A DNA stretch of 47,112 bases from Escherichia phage e4/1c: sequence record NC_024210.1; one strand, given 5' to 3'. The notes under the pieces were generated by a model. That model was given only the letters and a program-made list of their open reading frames with translations. It had not been told where the DNA came from and did no database searches. The first letter of the stretch is position 1. Every line of letters begins with the position of its first letter. Position numbers and translations under genes: made by a program. Shown piece after piece: positions 27,753-37,268 of the stretch.

Positions 27753-30468
27753 ATTGCGATGTTACATCACCATTCAAGCTCAAAGATACTGATTGTTTTG
27801 TCAAATCAACACCACCTTTAAGTGAATAGTATCTTGAAGCGCAATAATCAGACTCATCTGAATAGCCGCCAACGTACACACCAAATCCATATCCAGAGCA
27901 AGCTACATCACCACCACCTTGACCTGAGTACATGGTAACATAATTACCAGCTGTTGTTAGTATAGGTCTGACATCAATATCTATATACTGAGAATCAAAT
28001 GACCTTCTAATTCTAAATCCAGTATTCAGGTTTAAGATGCTCCACCAAATCTTGCCGGATACATCAAAACCAAGAGCGATATTATAAATACCACCATTGA
28101 CCATTCTTGATGAGACTGGCAACACACCTGATAAAACTCTTGTTTCACCTGATGCTGATATTAACAATGATACACTGTGTTCTCCTGATGCCATCACGTT
28201 ATACTGCAAGTAAAGAGCATTACTATTAACTCCAAAACCAGTCCCTATAGCCATAAGGTTAAAGTCTTCAGCAACAGTTATGGTCGGCGATATATTGCAT
28301 GTAGCGGTGAAACCTAGTGACGGGTCAAATCCAGTGCATATAATCTTATCTTTATTTGCCTGTGAAAGCCTTAGCCAATATTGCTGCCCAACTGATGATG
28401 CCGCCGCGGCGAATACTGGTGTATTAGAGACCCCATCAAAAGCTGAAGTGTCGTTTGCTGGCTTAATTCTTGTCTTCCTTTTGTCTATTAGTCCGTTTAT
28501 CTTCAGGTTTCCTGAATACTCAGAAACATAGTTAGTGTCCCCTGAGAAATTTGGGCCAAAGTAACCAGATTCAACAACCCCATCGATCACAACATCAGAT
28601 CTTGAGTCAAGGAATCTGAAGTTGCCAGCGGAAGTTGGCCTTCCATCGCCATTGTTAGATACATAGTTAAGCCCAACAAAACCATAGATTCTTACAGAGC
28701 TATTTGAAAACGAAACGTTATAATCTCTGTAGTTTGAGTTTATGCTGTTCCTGTTACTATTTAATCCATTAAATACCACATTTCTAGAGTTTACAATTCT
28801 AACTCCGTCACCACCGCAATCCTGTGCTTCTATAGCTGACATGGTGATGTTTTGGCAGTTATCAACCAGGATGCCATAAGCATCATCAAGCTCATTGTAA
28901 GGCGACCAACCTGACCAAATAAACTTACCGCCAACAATCCTACAGTTTCCGGCATTCCTAAGTATTAGACAATTTCTTCCACAGGTGTTTACCTGTATGT
29001 TATTCCATGTGAAGTCTGTTGTTTCGTTAATCAATCCGTCTTTTTTTATGTGCTGAATAAGAACATCATCAAGAACGGGAGAGTAGTTACCAGCAGCAAC
29101 GAAAATTCCGTAAACATCAAACCCAGCAATGTGAGTGTTTCTTATCGTTAAGTCCCTCCTAGGGTCAGCACCAGCGTTGAATGGGTAATTGGTTGATAAC
29201 CCAGTCGGCGTAGGGATGTAAATCCCAGCAGTACCATCAGTAAACGCCGTGTCTTGCTGGGCTCCAGTGCCGTAAAGAGCAATTCCTTCAATATGAATGA
29301 GCGAGCAAGAATCAGATACCTCAATTAAAGAGCCAATTGATGAACTAAGCTGAGTTATTCTTGATTTGTGCTTGCCAAAACCAATTATAGAGCAAGATTT
29401 ATTTCTCATTACCAGGTTTGATGCCATGTAGTCGCTATTAAGCTTTAATGCCAGCCCAGAGTCTAGGATTTGCTGTATCTGTGTCGTTGAGTCTGATGTC
29501 GATGACTTAATAGCTCCAAGTTCGCAAGGCGACAGCTCCCCGCTACAGATTCTTTCCCAGTAATAACCGGTACTTGATTCAAAAACCAACCCTGAAGATA
29601 ATCCATATGATAACGATGACTCCGGCTTACAAACAAAGAACCCACCACCATAACCAAGACCACCAATGTAAGAATCACAATAGACAACCTCTAAGTCATA
29701 AATTCTGGCAGAGTTGGTCATTGCTGATACTGATTCAAACCTTCTTGTGTAATCCTGTTGAATCCAAAAACCAACTCCAATACCACCTGTAGACTGTGGT
29801 GATGAGTTTTGTGGTATGGATTTTGGAACGCTACCAGACCAGTAATAAACCGAAACATGATTGTCATTAAAGTAAATTGCAGGCTGAGTTCTTGAGTTTA
29901 TTTCTCCACCATTTGAGAAATCAACTACAAGAGCAGATGACACAGAAGCCGCAGCAGAGCTTGCTATTGTAGCTGAAGAGGAAGCCGAGTTAGCGCTACT
30001 TTCAGCTAACTGCCTATCAGAAGATGCCTGATCTTTGTCAGAAGAAACTTGAGCAGCATCAACAGCAACTTGCTGAGATTGCATGTTGACATTATTTACG
30101 CTTTGCTGGAAAGAATCAGAATCAAATTGATTAAAAGCATCAACTGCCGCTGCAACCTCTGTTTCACGGGACTGATAATAACGAAGTGTCTCAGCAACAT
30201 CCTGAGCAAGACCTTGGACAGTAATTCCGTCATGAGCAAGGATTGAGTACTGAGTCCCAGCTGGCGCAGTAAAACCTTTATCATTGAACACACGAATCTC
30301 TGTATCGCTTAAAATCTCAGCGATAGTAACAATGGTTGTCGGGGTGGTGTTAAAAATCATTGTTGCGCCAACTCGGATTAGCGTTAGTGGTTGCCTCCAC
30401 GTGGTGCCAACACCAGTTACAGTTCCGTCAGCCGCAAGCGATGCAGTTCCAGCGTCATAAATTGCCAT
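27751..30468 (-). CDS. lateral tail fibre / tailspike with beta-helix-like central domain
   Basis: about 905 aa from ATG 30468; N-terminus MAIYDAGTASLAADGTVTGVGTTW typical of tail fibre anchors; repeated N/G/I-rich segments consistent with a parallel beta-helix. Confidence 0.65.
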   Translation of the reverse strand: MAIYDAGTASLAADGTVTGVGTTWRQPLTLIRVGATMIFNTTPTTIVTIAEILSDTEIRVFNDKGFTAPAGTQYSILAHDGITVQGLAQDVAETLRYYQSRETEVAAAVDAFNQFDSDSFQQSVNNVNMQSQQVAVDAAQVSSDKDQASSDRQLAESSANSASSSATIASSAAASVSSALVVDFSNGGEINSRTQPAIYFNDNHVSVYYWSGSVPKSIPQNSSPQSTGGIGVGFWIQQDYTRRFESVSAMTNSARIYDLEVVYCDSYIGGLGYGGGFFVCKPESSLSYGLSSGLVFESSTGYYWERICSGELSPCELGAIKSSTSDSTTQIQQILDSGLALKLNSDYMASNLVMRNKSCSIIGFGKHKSRITQLSSSIGSLIEVSDSCSLIHIEGIALYGTGAQQDTAFTDGTAGIYIPTPTGLSTNYPFNAGADPRRDLTIRNTHIAGFDVYGIFVAAGNYSPVLDDVLIQHIKKDGLINETTDFTWNNIQVNTCGRNCLILRNAGNCRIVGGKFIWSGWSPYNELDDAYGILVDNCQNITMSAIEAQDCGGDGVRIVNSRNVVFNGLNSNRNSINSNYRDYNVSFSNSSVRIYGFVGLNYVSNNGDGRPTSAGNFRFLDSRSDVVIDGVVESGYFGPNFSGDTNYVSEYSGNLKINGLIDKRKTRIKPANDTSAFDGVSNTPVFAAAASSVGQQYWLRLSQANKDKIICTGFDPSLGFTATCNISPTITVAEDFNLMAIGTGFGVNSNALYLQYNVMASGEHSVSLLISASGETRVLSGVLPVSSRMVNGGIYNIALGFDVSGKIWWSILNLNTGFRIRRSFDSQYIDIDVRPILTTAGNYVTMYSGQGGGDVACSGYGFGVYVGGYSDESDYCASRYYSLKGGVDLTKQSVSLSLNGDVTSQ

Positions 30469-30492
30469 TATGTAAATTCTCCATTTGTAAAA

Positions 30493-30507
30493 TAGCACGA
30501 ATTGCTA
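30493..30507. promoter_or_regulatory. palindrome TAGCACGAATTGCTA in 5' region of tail fibre gene (atypical placement)
   Basis: perfect copy about 25 bp upstream of tail fibre start codon, downstream of a TACAAT -10-like hexamer on the minus strand. Confidence 0.4.
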
Positions 30508-30532
30508 AAGTGGATTGTAGCATCTTTCAGGC

Positions 30533-30557
30533 ATAAAAAAACCTCCCGAAGGAGGTT
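30533..30557 (-). terminator. rho-independent terminator after primase gene
   Basis: minus strand cctcc-ttcg-ggagg followed by T8. Confidence 0.7.
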
Positions 30558-31482
30558 AGCTATTCAATAAGTCACTCGCTTTGTATATTCGCTTCCTTAC
30601 ACCTGACTTGAATGAGTACTCATCATTAGGGATTACCACATCAATATTACGATCATCAGCAACGGCGAGTAAATCGAGAGAATGAAGAGTGCATGCAATA
30701 CGTAACTTGGAGTCTTTGAGCGCATAAGCAACCATTTCCATGTTGTAACTGGAGTAGCAAACAAGCACACAGCGGTTCCTAGTAGCGAGATGAACACGAT
30801 AGCCGTCAATGAAATTATCGACCAGATAAGCGTACTCATTATCCTTAAAGGAACCAATAACAGCCACAGACTGACGAGTGTAATCTTTTGCAGCATAACT
30901 AACATCCTCCTCTTCATTTATAAACATTACATTGCACATTTCTTCTGATATACCATCACTATAAGCCATGAAGCAAGGTATTGCATGGATTAATTCACCG
31001 GATTTTGTCTTACCAACATCAAATCCAAACTCGCTATAAATACCCTCGTATGTACTGAGCGGTGTTGATTCTACTCTTTCTGTCCTTTCCATTATTTCTA
31101 CGCATCTTTCGTGGTCAATCTGTGCGCCCATCTTGTATGGTGATGTTCTTGATGCTCTGATATTTGCGCTTTTTATTACTTCAACGGGAACCAGGTTTAG
31201 CCAGTCACCAAGAGCATTAATTGATTCACTAAAAGATTCACCTCTCAGCTTTTGAACCCACAAAATTCCATCTCCTGATCCGCATTGGTTGCAAATGATG
31301 CCACCATCACCAGGCTCACTAACCTTATCAGTCCAACGACTCCTGTCATTACCTCCACAATACAAGCAAGGTTGGTGTTTCTTTGTCTTGAAAAAATTGG
31401 GGTCAGCGCCGCAAATCTGAACCATTGCATCAGCCCACAAACCTTTCATCTTCTGCAAAACTTCTTTCTTGTCGTGATTCAT
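30556..31482 (-). CDS. putative DNA primase (zinc-binding plus TOPRIM-like)
   Basis: 308 aa; N-terminal Cys cluster PCLYCGGNDRSRW ... GGIICNQCG; adjacent to helicase region. Confidence 0.5.
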   Translation of the reverse strand: MNHDKKEVLQKMKGLWADAMVQICGADPNFFKTKKHQPCLYCGGNDRSRWTDKVSEPGDGGIICNQCGSGDGILWVQKLRGESFSESINALGDWLNLVPVEVIKSANIRASRTSPYKMGAQIDHERCVEIMERTERVESTPLSTYEGIYSEFGFDVGKTKSGELIHAIPCFMAYSDGISEEMCNVMFINEEEDVSYAAKDYTRQSVAVIGSFKDNEYAYLVDNFIDGYRVHLATRNRCVLVCYSSYNMEMVAYALKDSKLRIACTLHSLDLLAVADDRNIDVVIPNDEYSFKSGVRKRIYKASDLLNS

Positions 31483-31534
31483 TTTCTTTAATCCAATGAA
31501 AAAGGTTGCACCGATTATGGCACAACCTTAATTG

Positions 31535-32008
31535 TTACTCTTTAGCTTTTCGTGCTGCTTCGTTTGCTGCTTTAATTTTTCGCCATGAGCGACACTCTGG
31601 TTTGGTGGCTAATTCAGCATCAGTAACCACGCGTAGCATGTGTCGCTTTTTGCAACGAAGAGTCAGAGGCTTACCGTTGCCGTCAAACTGAAGGTCTGGC
31701 CGGCAGAATGTAGCCCTAAATCCTTCACCAGTTCGCTTATATCGATTATGTGCAAGTTGAGCGCCGCGGGCTGAAATCATTCCTCGAGTGCACCACTCTT
31801 CCACGGTCTGGCGAGTAACCTTTAACTGCTTAGCGAGATTTGCCTTACTGCCATAGAAGTCCAATACAATCTCAAGTCGAGCCCTTAGTCCAGCCCTTAC
31901 TTCATCCTTTAATACATAGTACCCTGAAGGTCGTTTGCGTGGCTTTTTATCTTCCTTTCGGATGGTTCCGTTATTGCCGTTAAGAGTACGTTTATCGACT
32001 TGATTCAT
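31535..32008 (-). CDS. HTH DNA-binding protein, candidate transcriptional regulator
   Basis: 157 aa from ATG 32008 (RBS GAGGTGA); HTH-like SKANLAKQLKVTRQTVEEW; basic; divergent from helicase gene. Confidence 0.5.
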   Translation of the reverse strand: MNQVDKRTLNGNNGTIRKEDKKPRKRPSGYYVLKDEVRAGLRARLEIVLDFYGSKANLAKQLKVTRQTVEEWCTRGMISARGAQLAHNRYKRTGEGFRATFCRPDLQFDGNGKPLTLRCKKRHMLRVVTDAELATKPECRSWRKIKAANEAARKAKE

Positions 32009-32022
32009 TTTTATCACCTCAA

Positions 32023-32065
32023 TAGCACTTTTTGTTAAACATTAGTTTCATTGGTTGTTATTATA
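32023..32065 (+). promoter_or_regulatory. palindrome-type promoter unit upstream of helicase
   Basis: TAGCACTTTTTGTTA 32023-32037, about 21 bp, TATTAT, then AATCGAACGAAC leader; palindrome lies 15 bp upstream of divergent HTH gene start. Confidence 0.5.
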
Positions 32066-32101
32066 ACGTCAATCGAACGAACATGAAAGGCATTTAAAAA
32101 C

Positions 32102-34045
32102 ATGACTATGCGCTTGAAAACAATACAGAAACAGATTGAAGAAATGGGTGAAGACAAGATCAAAGAGATTCAAACTAAATTCACCTCATATAATGGCATG
32201 ATTCCTTATAGCTATCAGTGTGTAATGTATAATGAGATTGCCAAGCGTATTGGTAAATATAAGCACCCGTTCATCGCAATGGCTTCAGTATCAGCTGGTA
32301 AAACTCTAGTTTTTGCCATGGTCGCTAAGCGCTGCTCTGAGATTGGTTTGCCAATGCTTCTACTTGCTCGTCAGGCTGAGCTTGTTAGTCAGAATGCTTC
32401 TGAGATTTCAGATTATGGTGTGCCTAACTCCGTTTACTGCTCAGGTCTTGGAATTAAGTCATCTTATTTTCCTGTAATTGTAGGCTCTGAGGGTACAGTT
32501 GTTGGTGGCCTTGATAAGGCGCTTGGTGACTTCTGTCCTGCTGTTGTGGCAATAGATGAGTGTCATCATCTGGATGATCAAGATATTGCAGAAGCAATAG
32601 ACAATAATGAGACATCACAGCAAGCTAGAGATAAAGGCCGGAGCCAGTACACGATAATTCTCCTCACGTTAATGGAGAGATGCCGCGCTAAGTATGGGCG
32701 TGAACTTAGGATATTTGGCCTGACTGGCTCTCCTTTCCGCGGAACAACACCAATTGTTGTGGAGAACCTTAAGGAGCTTGGGTTCTGGCGTGAAACGGCG
32801 ACTAATATTGATACCAACTATCTGGTTGAGTTCGGCTCTGTTGTACCCACAAATTTCGGGTCTACTGATGGTGTTGGCTATGATCTGTCTGAGTTTGACA
32901 CTTCAGCAGATGATGGTGTGCAGGACTTCACGAAATCTCAGCTAGAGGCAATGGAGAAGAAGATTCAGCAGTCAGGCACAATGACAGCAGAGATAATGAA
33001 GAAGGTATGGTTGGCAGCAAAAGATCGTAACGGCGTTCTTGTAACTTGCGCAGGCGAGCGACACTGCAAGGAGGCCGCAAGCTACCTTCCAGAGGGTGAG
33101 ACTTACTGCATAATTACTGGCAAAACTGGAGAGAAGCAGCGCAAGGAGCTACTGGATAAGTGCTTCTCTGGGGATATTAAATTTTGTTTTCAAGTTCAAG
33201 CTCTGACTACTGGTGTGTCAGTTCCACCATGGGATACTAGTGTAATTCTTCGCAAGATTGGTAGCCTCACGCTCCTGGTTCAGCTACTTGGTCGAGGAAT
33301 GCGTAAGCTTAAGAAGCTCCATGAAGATAAAGGAATGGTCAAGAATGACCACCTTGTATTGGATTTTGCTGGAACTATGGATTCAATGGCATCCCTTTAC
33401 TTCAACCCAATACTTGAACAGGCCCAGTATCAGCTACGCAAAAGTAATGGTAAAGAGATGAAGCAGTGCCCTGTTTGCGGCACTGAAAATAGCTTCTACG
33501 CTCGTCGCTGTATGCGTGTTGATGAGAACAATAAAAGGTGCGAATATTTCTGGGTTAGCCGCACATGTGAAGACCAAAAAGACCCGAGGACAGGAAAGGT
33601 TACCGTGAAAGGCTGTGGAGTTCAGAATGACGTTGCAGCTAAGATTTGTAGAGGTTGTGATTGCACCCTTCTAGATCCGAATCTTAAGTTAAGCGGAAAA
33701 CATTACAGAAAAAATGATTGGTTTGACGTTGTGGATTTCAAGGTTGGACTAACAAAGAACCAATCAGGAATCATCTACAACTACGTCCTTGATGATGGCA
33801 TGGGTGGGACATTCAAAGCTCATGAGGTTTTCTTTGTAGAGTCTGACCATCGAGTATGTAAAACGCTCTGGTTGAACAATGGAATTAAAGGTCACGTAGT
33901 CGACATGAACGCTAAGCGATATATGGCTGCATATCGCAATGCTCGCAAGATTATGGAGTATGCGCAGTACATCCATGCTCCTAAGAGGGTAACTCACCGC
34001 AAGACCGCTAAAGGTGGCGATAATATTGCTAATAAGGAGTTCTAA
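32102..34045 (+). CDS. superfamily II DNA helicase with C-terminal zinc ribbon
   Basis: 647 aa; Walker A SVSAGKTLVF, DECH box VVAIDECHHL, motif VI QLLGRGMRK, C-terminal CPVCG ... CRGCDC. Confidence 0.8.
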   Translation: MTMRLKTIQKQIEEMGEDKIKEIQTKFTSYNGMIPYSYQCVMYNEIAKRIGKYKHPFIAMASVSAGKTLVFAMVAKRCSEIGLPMLLLARQAELVSQNASEISDYGVPNSVYCSGLGIKSSYFPVIVGSEGTVVGGLDKALGDFCPAVVAIDECHHLDDQDIAEAIDNNETSQQARDKGRSQYTIILLTLMERCRAKYGRELRIFGLTGSPFRGTTPIVVENLKELGFWRETATNIDTNYLVEFGSVVPTNFGSTDGVGYDLSEFDTSADDGVQDFTKSQLEAMEKKIQQSGTMTAEIMKKVWLAAKDRNGVLVTCAGERHCKEAASYLPEGETYCIITGKTGEKQRKELLDKCFSGDIKFCFQVQALTTGVSVPPWDTSVILRKIGSLTLLVQLLGRGMRKLKKLHEDKGMVKNDHLVLDFAGTMDSMASLYFNPILEQAQYQLRKSNGKEMKQCPVCGTENSFYARRCMRVDENNKRCEYFWVSRTCEDQKDPRTGKVTVKGCGVQNDVAAKICRGCDCTLLDPNLKLSGKHYRKNDWFDVVDFKVGLTKNQSGIIYNYVLDDGMGGTFKAHEVFFVESDHRVCKTLWLNNGIKGHVVDMNAKRYMAAYRNARKIMEYAQYIHAPKRVTHRKTAKGGDNIANKEF

Positions 34046-34434
34046 TGGTTAAGGTTTTTCACGACAAAACAAGCACGGACAAGGCTAAAGAGGTTGTTCA
34101 CCAAATAAATTCAATAGCTTGGGTTCGCCACAACCATCCAGAGATATTTGCTTTTCACGTGAAGAATGAAGGTCTCAAGTCTATCGGCACAGCAATGAAG
34201 GACAAGCAGGAGGGAGTAATTAAGGGTGTATCAGATATTCTACTGATTGGACCAAATGGCTTTGCCGCAATAGAGCTTAAGCGAGCAATAAAATCAGATA
34301 GCAAGGTTTCAAAGGAGCAAAAGGAGTTCCTGGAAAAGGTATCAGAAACAGGAGGTTACGCGGCAATCTGTTATGGGTTTGAAATGTTTAAGTTGGCAAT
34401 TGCAGATTATCTATCAAATAGCACGAATTGCTAA
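34045..34434 (+). CDS. VRR-NUC domain nuclease
   Basis: 129 aa; GVSDILLIGPNGFAAIELKRA ... KEQKEF pattern typical of VRR-NUC PD-(D/E)xK nucleases. Confidence 0.6.
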   Translation: MVKVFHDKTSTDKAKEVVHQINSIAWVRHNHPEIFAFHVKNEGLKSIGTAMKDKQEGVIKGVSDILLIGPNGFAAIELKRAIKSDSKVSKEQKEFLEKVSETGGYAAICYGFEMFKLAIADYLSNSTNC

Positions 34435-34461
34435 AGAGATTTCGCAAGGATGCGATATAGT
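34419..34461 (+). promoter_or_regulatory. palindrome-type promoter unit
   Basis: TAGCACGAATTGCTA, 22 bp, TATAGT, then TTCATCGAAACGAAGAGAGAG leader. Confidence 0.5.
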
Positions 34462-34492
34462 TACTTCATCGAAACGAAGAGAGAGAAACAAA

Positions 34493-34687
34493 ATGACTAC
34501 TATCTACACTGAAAAGCTGTACAAGTCACGCAAAACTGGTTATGAATATGAATTAGCAATCACCCCTGAGGGTTATATTCTTGATGATGGAGACGGTTAC
34601 TCATTCGAAGTTAGCCCAACATACAAAGATGATTTAGAGACTGTTAAAAACGCATTCGGCGAAAAATTTGATGAGGTATCAGAATGA
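34493..34687 (+). CDS. hypothetical protein (64 aa)
   Basis: ATG 34493 downstream of conserved leader. Confidence 0.45.
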   Translation: MTTIYTEKLYKSRKTGYEYELAITPEGYILDDGDGYSFEVSPTYKDDLETVKNAFGEKFDEVSE

Positions 34688-34911
34688 TGGCTATCTTTAC
34701 TTTTGAGAATCAATGGGAAGTATTCCAGACGATGGTTGTTGAGGAGCTCAGCAAAGCTAAGTATAACAAGGGTGATGCGTGGTATTTGGCTGCATCACTT
34801 GATATGAGTTTCGAGGAAGACTACCTGAACACCGATATAGAAACATGGCGTGAACGAATGATTGCTGATATCGAAGAAATGAAGAAAGATTGCCCGGAGG
34901 ATTTTTCATGA
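34684..34911 (+). CDS. hypothetical acidic protein (75 aa)
   Basis: ATGA start/stop overlap with upstream gene. Confidence 0.45.
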   Translation: MMAIFTFENQWEVFQTMVVEELSKAKYNKGDAWYLAASLDMSFEEDYLNTDIETWRERMIADIEEMKKDCPEDFS

Positions 34912-35108
34912 TTACTGCGACTTGCGTAATGACGAACGGCTCATTCACCCTGCTCAATGAGTATGAATTCAAACTTGACCCGATTAATGACCAGGTTGAA
35001 ATAGTTAGCGATGAAGGATTTGCATGGAAGTTACATAATGAATTTGATGGTTACTACGGGTGTAATGATGCGAAAGGTAAGCATGTAAGTTTTCTTGTTT
35101 ATGAGTAA
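34908..35108 (+). CDS. hypothetical protein (66 aa)
   Basis: ATGA overlap; start inferred at second Met of ORF 34890..35108. Confidence 0.4.
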   Translation: MITATCVMTNGSFTLLNEYEFKLDPINDQVEIVSDEGFAWKLHNEFDGYYGCNDAKGKHVSFLVYE

Positions 35109-35109
35109 A

Positions 35110-35152
35110 TAGCACTTTTTGTTAAAACTAAAATACAAGGATGGATTATATT
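35110..35152 (+). promoter_or_regulatory. palindrome-type promoter unit
   Basis: TAGCACTTTTTGTTA, 22 bp, TATATT. Confidence 0.5.
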
Positions 35153-35182
35153 AATTACATCAGCAAATGAGAGGGTTAAGAG

Positions 35183-35308
35183 ATGAAAATTGTAGACAAA
35201 GAGATGTTAGAGATTGCTCAGTCTTTCGCAAATGACGCAGTTAAGACTGGATCTGAATATTGCTGGATGTGCGCTCGAGAATATTTAAAAATGGCTTACG
35301 GCCTATGA
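35183..35308 (+). CDS. hypothetical small protein (41 aa)
   Basis: RBS GAGGG; below ORF-track cut-off; ATGA-coupled to next gene. Confidence 0.3.
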   Translation: MKIVDKEMLEIAQSFANDAVKTGSEYCWMCAREYLKMAYGL

Positions 35309-35544
35309 TAGTTGAAACCGGACGCGCCGCTGTATGGGCGCATTGTGGAGAGGCGGGATTGCAGGATGACATCAAGATGATAGGTAAATACTTTGATATT
35401 GATGACATATCTGTAGTTTTCAATGGGAAGTTTAGTTATATGAACCAGCGGCCACGCAAGTATGTAAGAGTTCCAGCAACGCCTAGCCTCGCAATGTATC
35501 GTGAGGAAGGTAAGAAGATATTTAAGAAAGGTGCGAAGAAATGA
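35305..35544 (+). CDS. hypothetical protein (79 aa)
   Basis: in-frame part of ORF 35260..35544 starting at coupled ATG. Confidence 0.4.
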   Translation: MIVETGRAAVWAHCGEAGLQDDIKMIGKYFDIDDISVVFNGKFSYMNQRPRKYVRVPATPSLAMYREEGKKIFKKGAKK

Positions 35545-35798
35545 ATTTACCTGGTCTAGATTTTGATGAGAGTAAGTATCAGGTTGTGTTTTTTGGTGAG
35601 AAGCCTTATCGGAAGATTCCTTTCTCTGAGTGGATTCCTCCGGACTACCTCGATGTACTGGTGCAAATTGAGATTGGTAAGGCTGAGTTGATGTACTACT
35701 CACCTGGCTGCAATATGATGATGCCTAGTGAGTATTCTCCAGCAATTGCTGCGCTTGAAACTGAGTTTCTTGATTACTGGCTAAAAGAAGTTAAATAG
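35541..35798 (+). CDS. hypothetical protein (85 aa)
   Basis: ATGA overlap; stop TAG is first triplet of next palindrome. Confidence 0.45.
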   Translation: MNLPGLDFDESKYQVVFFGEKPYRKIPFSEWIPPDYLDVLVQIEIGKAELMYYSPGCNMMMPSEYSPAIAALETEFLDYWLKEVK

Positions 35799-35838
35799 CA
35801 CTTTTTGTTAAAACATATCGCCAGGGATGGCTTATAGT
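35796..35838 (+). promoter_or_regulatory. palindrome-type promoter unit
   Basis: TAGCACTTTTTGTTA, 22 bp, TATAGT, then TCATCGAAACGAGAGG. Confidence 0.5.
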
Positions 35839-35866
35839 GTGTTCATCGAAACGAGAGGCGGCTCAG

Positions 35867-35935
35867 ATGAAAACATTACTACCATTGCTGGCAGTGCCAG
35901 TAACCTTTATAATCATGTACTTCATAACCTGCTAA
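35867..35935 (+). CDS. possible 22-aa hydrophobic leader peptide (uORF)
   Basis: ATG 8 nt after conserved ACGAGAGG RBS; MKTLLPLLAVPVTFIIMYFITC; ends 14 nt before main ORF start. Confidence 0.25.
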   Translation: MKTLLPLLAVPVTFIIMYFITC

Positions 35936-35949
35936 TAGGAAAATATAGA

Positions 35950-37077
35950 ATGGCTATCGCTAAAATCACTAACGAACAACTTAAAGAAGAACTGGCAAAC
36001 GGTATGACTAACAAAGCAATCGCAGAGAAGTACGGCATGAACATTCGTAACGTAGAACTGCGCCGGAGCAAGCTGTCAAAATCTGGCGAAGGCCACGGAA
36101 ACGAAGGCATAAAGAAGCTAGTTCCGGATGGATACATGGTTAAAGGCACTTCAACCATGATTGATGCAGAAGGTAACGAGAAGATTCGTTGGGTTAAGAC
36201 TAGTGTTGATAATGAACGCCTTGAAGAGATTATTACTCAGGCACGCGAAGCATTTTGCTCAGAACTTCCTAAGGCCGAGCTAGTTAAAAATGAAAATGTT
36301 AACTTTGATGAGACATTAACTCTTTACCCTGTATTTGACATTCATATTGGTATGATGGCCCACGCTCACGAAGCTGGCGAGAACTACGACACGGCAACAG
36401 CTGAAAAATTGATGAACTCATACTTTGATTACTCAATCAGCAAGGCTCAAAATTCAGAGAAGGCGGTATTACTGATTGGCGGTGACTTCCTTCACTCTGA
36501 TGGCCTTGACGCTGTTACACCAGCAAGTAATCACGTACTTGATCAGGATAGTCGATTTGCTAAGTTGGTTTACGTTGCAATTCGATCTCTTCGAGCTACA
36601 GTAACTAAAATGCTTATGAAGCATAAAGAGGTTGAGATTCAGGTTATTGAAGGCAACCACGACCAGGCATCAATGATTTGGCTGCGCGCTGCAATGGCTG
36701 CATTCTATGACAATGAGCCACGAGTCCATGTTGATGTAAGTCCTGCAATCATGCACAAGACTCGATATGGATCAACTTTGCTTGGTTATACACATGGCCA
36801 CACCATGAAGAAAGCTGAGGGTCGACTCGCTGCCATGGCTAATGATTATCGCAAGGACTTCGGCGAGTGTGAGTTCGTTTACTGCCACTCAGGTCACTTC
36901 CATCATGCAACAGTAACCGAGTGCACGCTTGGTATTGACGAAGTTCACCCGGCATTAGCAAGCAAAGATGCATACGCAGCACGAGGCGGATGGAGAAGTT
37001 ACCGTCAGGCAGCAGTGATTGTTTACCACAAAGAATTTGGCGAGATTGGTCGATTCATTTACCGTCCGGGGATGTAA
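35950..37077 (+). CDS. HTH-domain plus calcineurin-like metallophosphoesterase
   Basis: N-terminal GMTNKAIAEKYGMNIRNVELRRSKL (HTH-like); phosphoesterase motifs VFDIHIGMMAH, GGDFLHSDG, EGNHDQ, GYTHGH, CHSGHFHH; start at ATG 35950 because ORF-track start 35827 would lie inside the promoter. Confidence 0.65.
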   Translation: MAIAKITNEQLKEELANGMTNKAIAEKYGMNIRNVELRRSKLSKSGEGHGNEGIKKLVPDGYMVKGTSTMIDAEGNEKIRWVKTSVDNERLEEIITQAREAFCSELPKAELVKNENVNFDETLTLYPVFDIHIGMMAHAHEAGENYDTATAEKLMNSYFDYSISKAQNSEKAVLLIGGDFLHSDGLDAVTPASNHVLDQDSRFAKLVYVAIRSLRATVTKMLMKHKEVEIQVIEGNHDQASMIWLRAAMAAFYDNEPRVHVDVSPAIMHKTRYGSTLLGYTHGHTMKKAEGRLAAMANDYRKDFGECEFVYCHSGHFHHATVTECTLGIDEVHPALASKDAYAARGGWRSYRQAAVIVYHKEFGEIGRFIYRPGM

Positions 37078-37081
37078 TGAA

Positions 37082-37267
37082 ATGTTAAAAGAAATACTAA
37101 GAATAATCCTTGGGGACAAGAGAGAATGCAAAAAATGCAGATTCGAGTATATAGATGACACAGACGAAGGTTCATTCTATGAGTGCAAGATTTGCGGAAA
37201 TGAAGTTTTGCTTGGTAAAAGTGGCGTTGTTAAGCAATCTAGAGTAACCGACTGCGATTATGACTAA
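37082..37267 (+). CDS. zinc-ribbon protein (61 aa)
   Basis: CKKC ... CKIC. Confidence 0.45.
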   Translation: MLKEILRIILGDKRECKKCRFEYIDDTDEGSFYECKICGNEVLLGKSGVVKQSRVTDCDYD

Positions 37268-37268
37268 A

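Noticed and set aside
35827-37077. ORF-track start at 35827 for the phosphoesterase gene
   Set aside because: That start would place the promoter palindrome, -10 hexamer and leader inside the coding sequence; the first in-frame ATG with an RBS downstream of the leader is 35950
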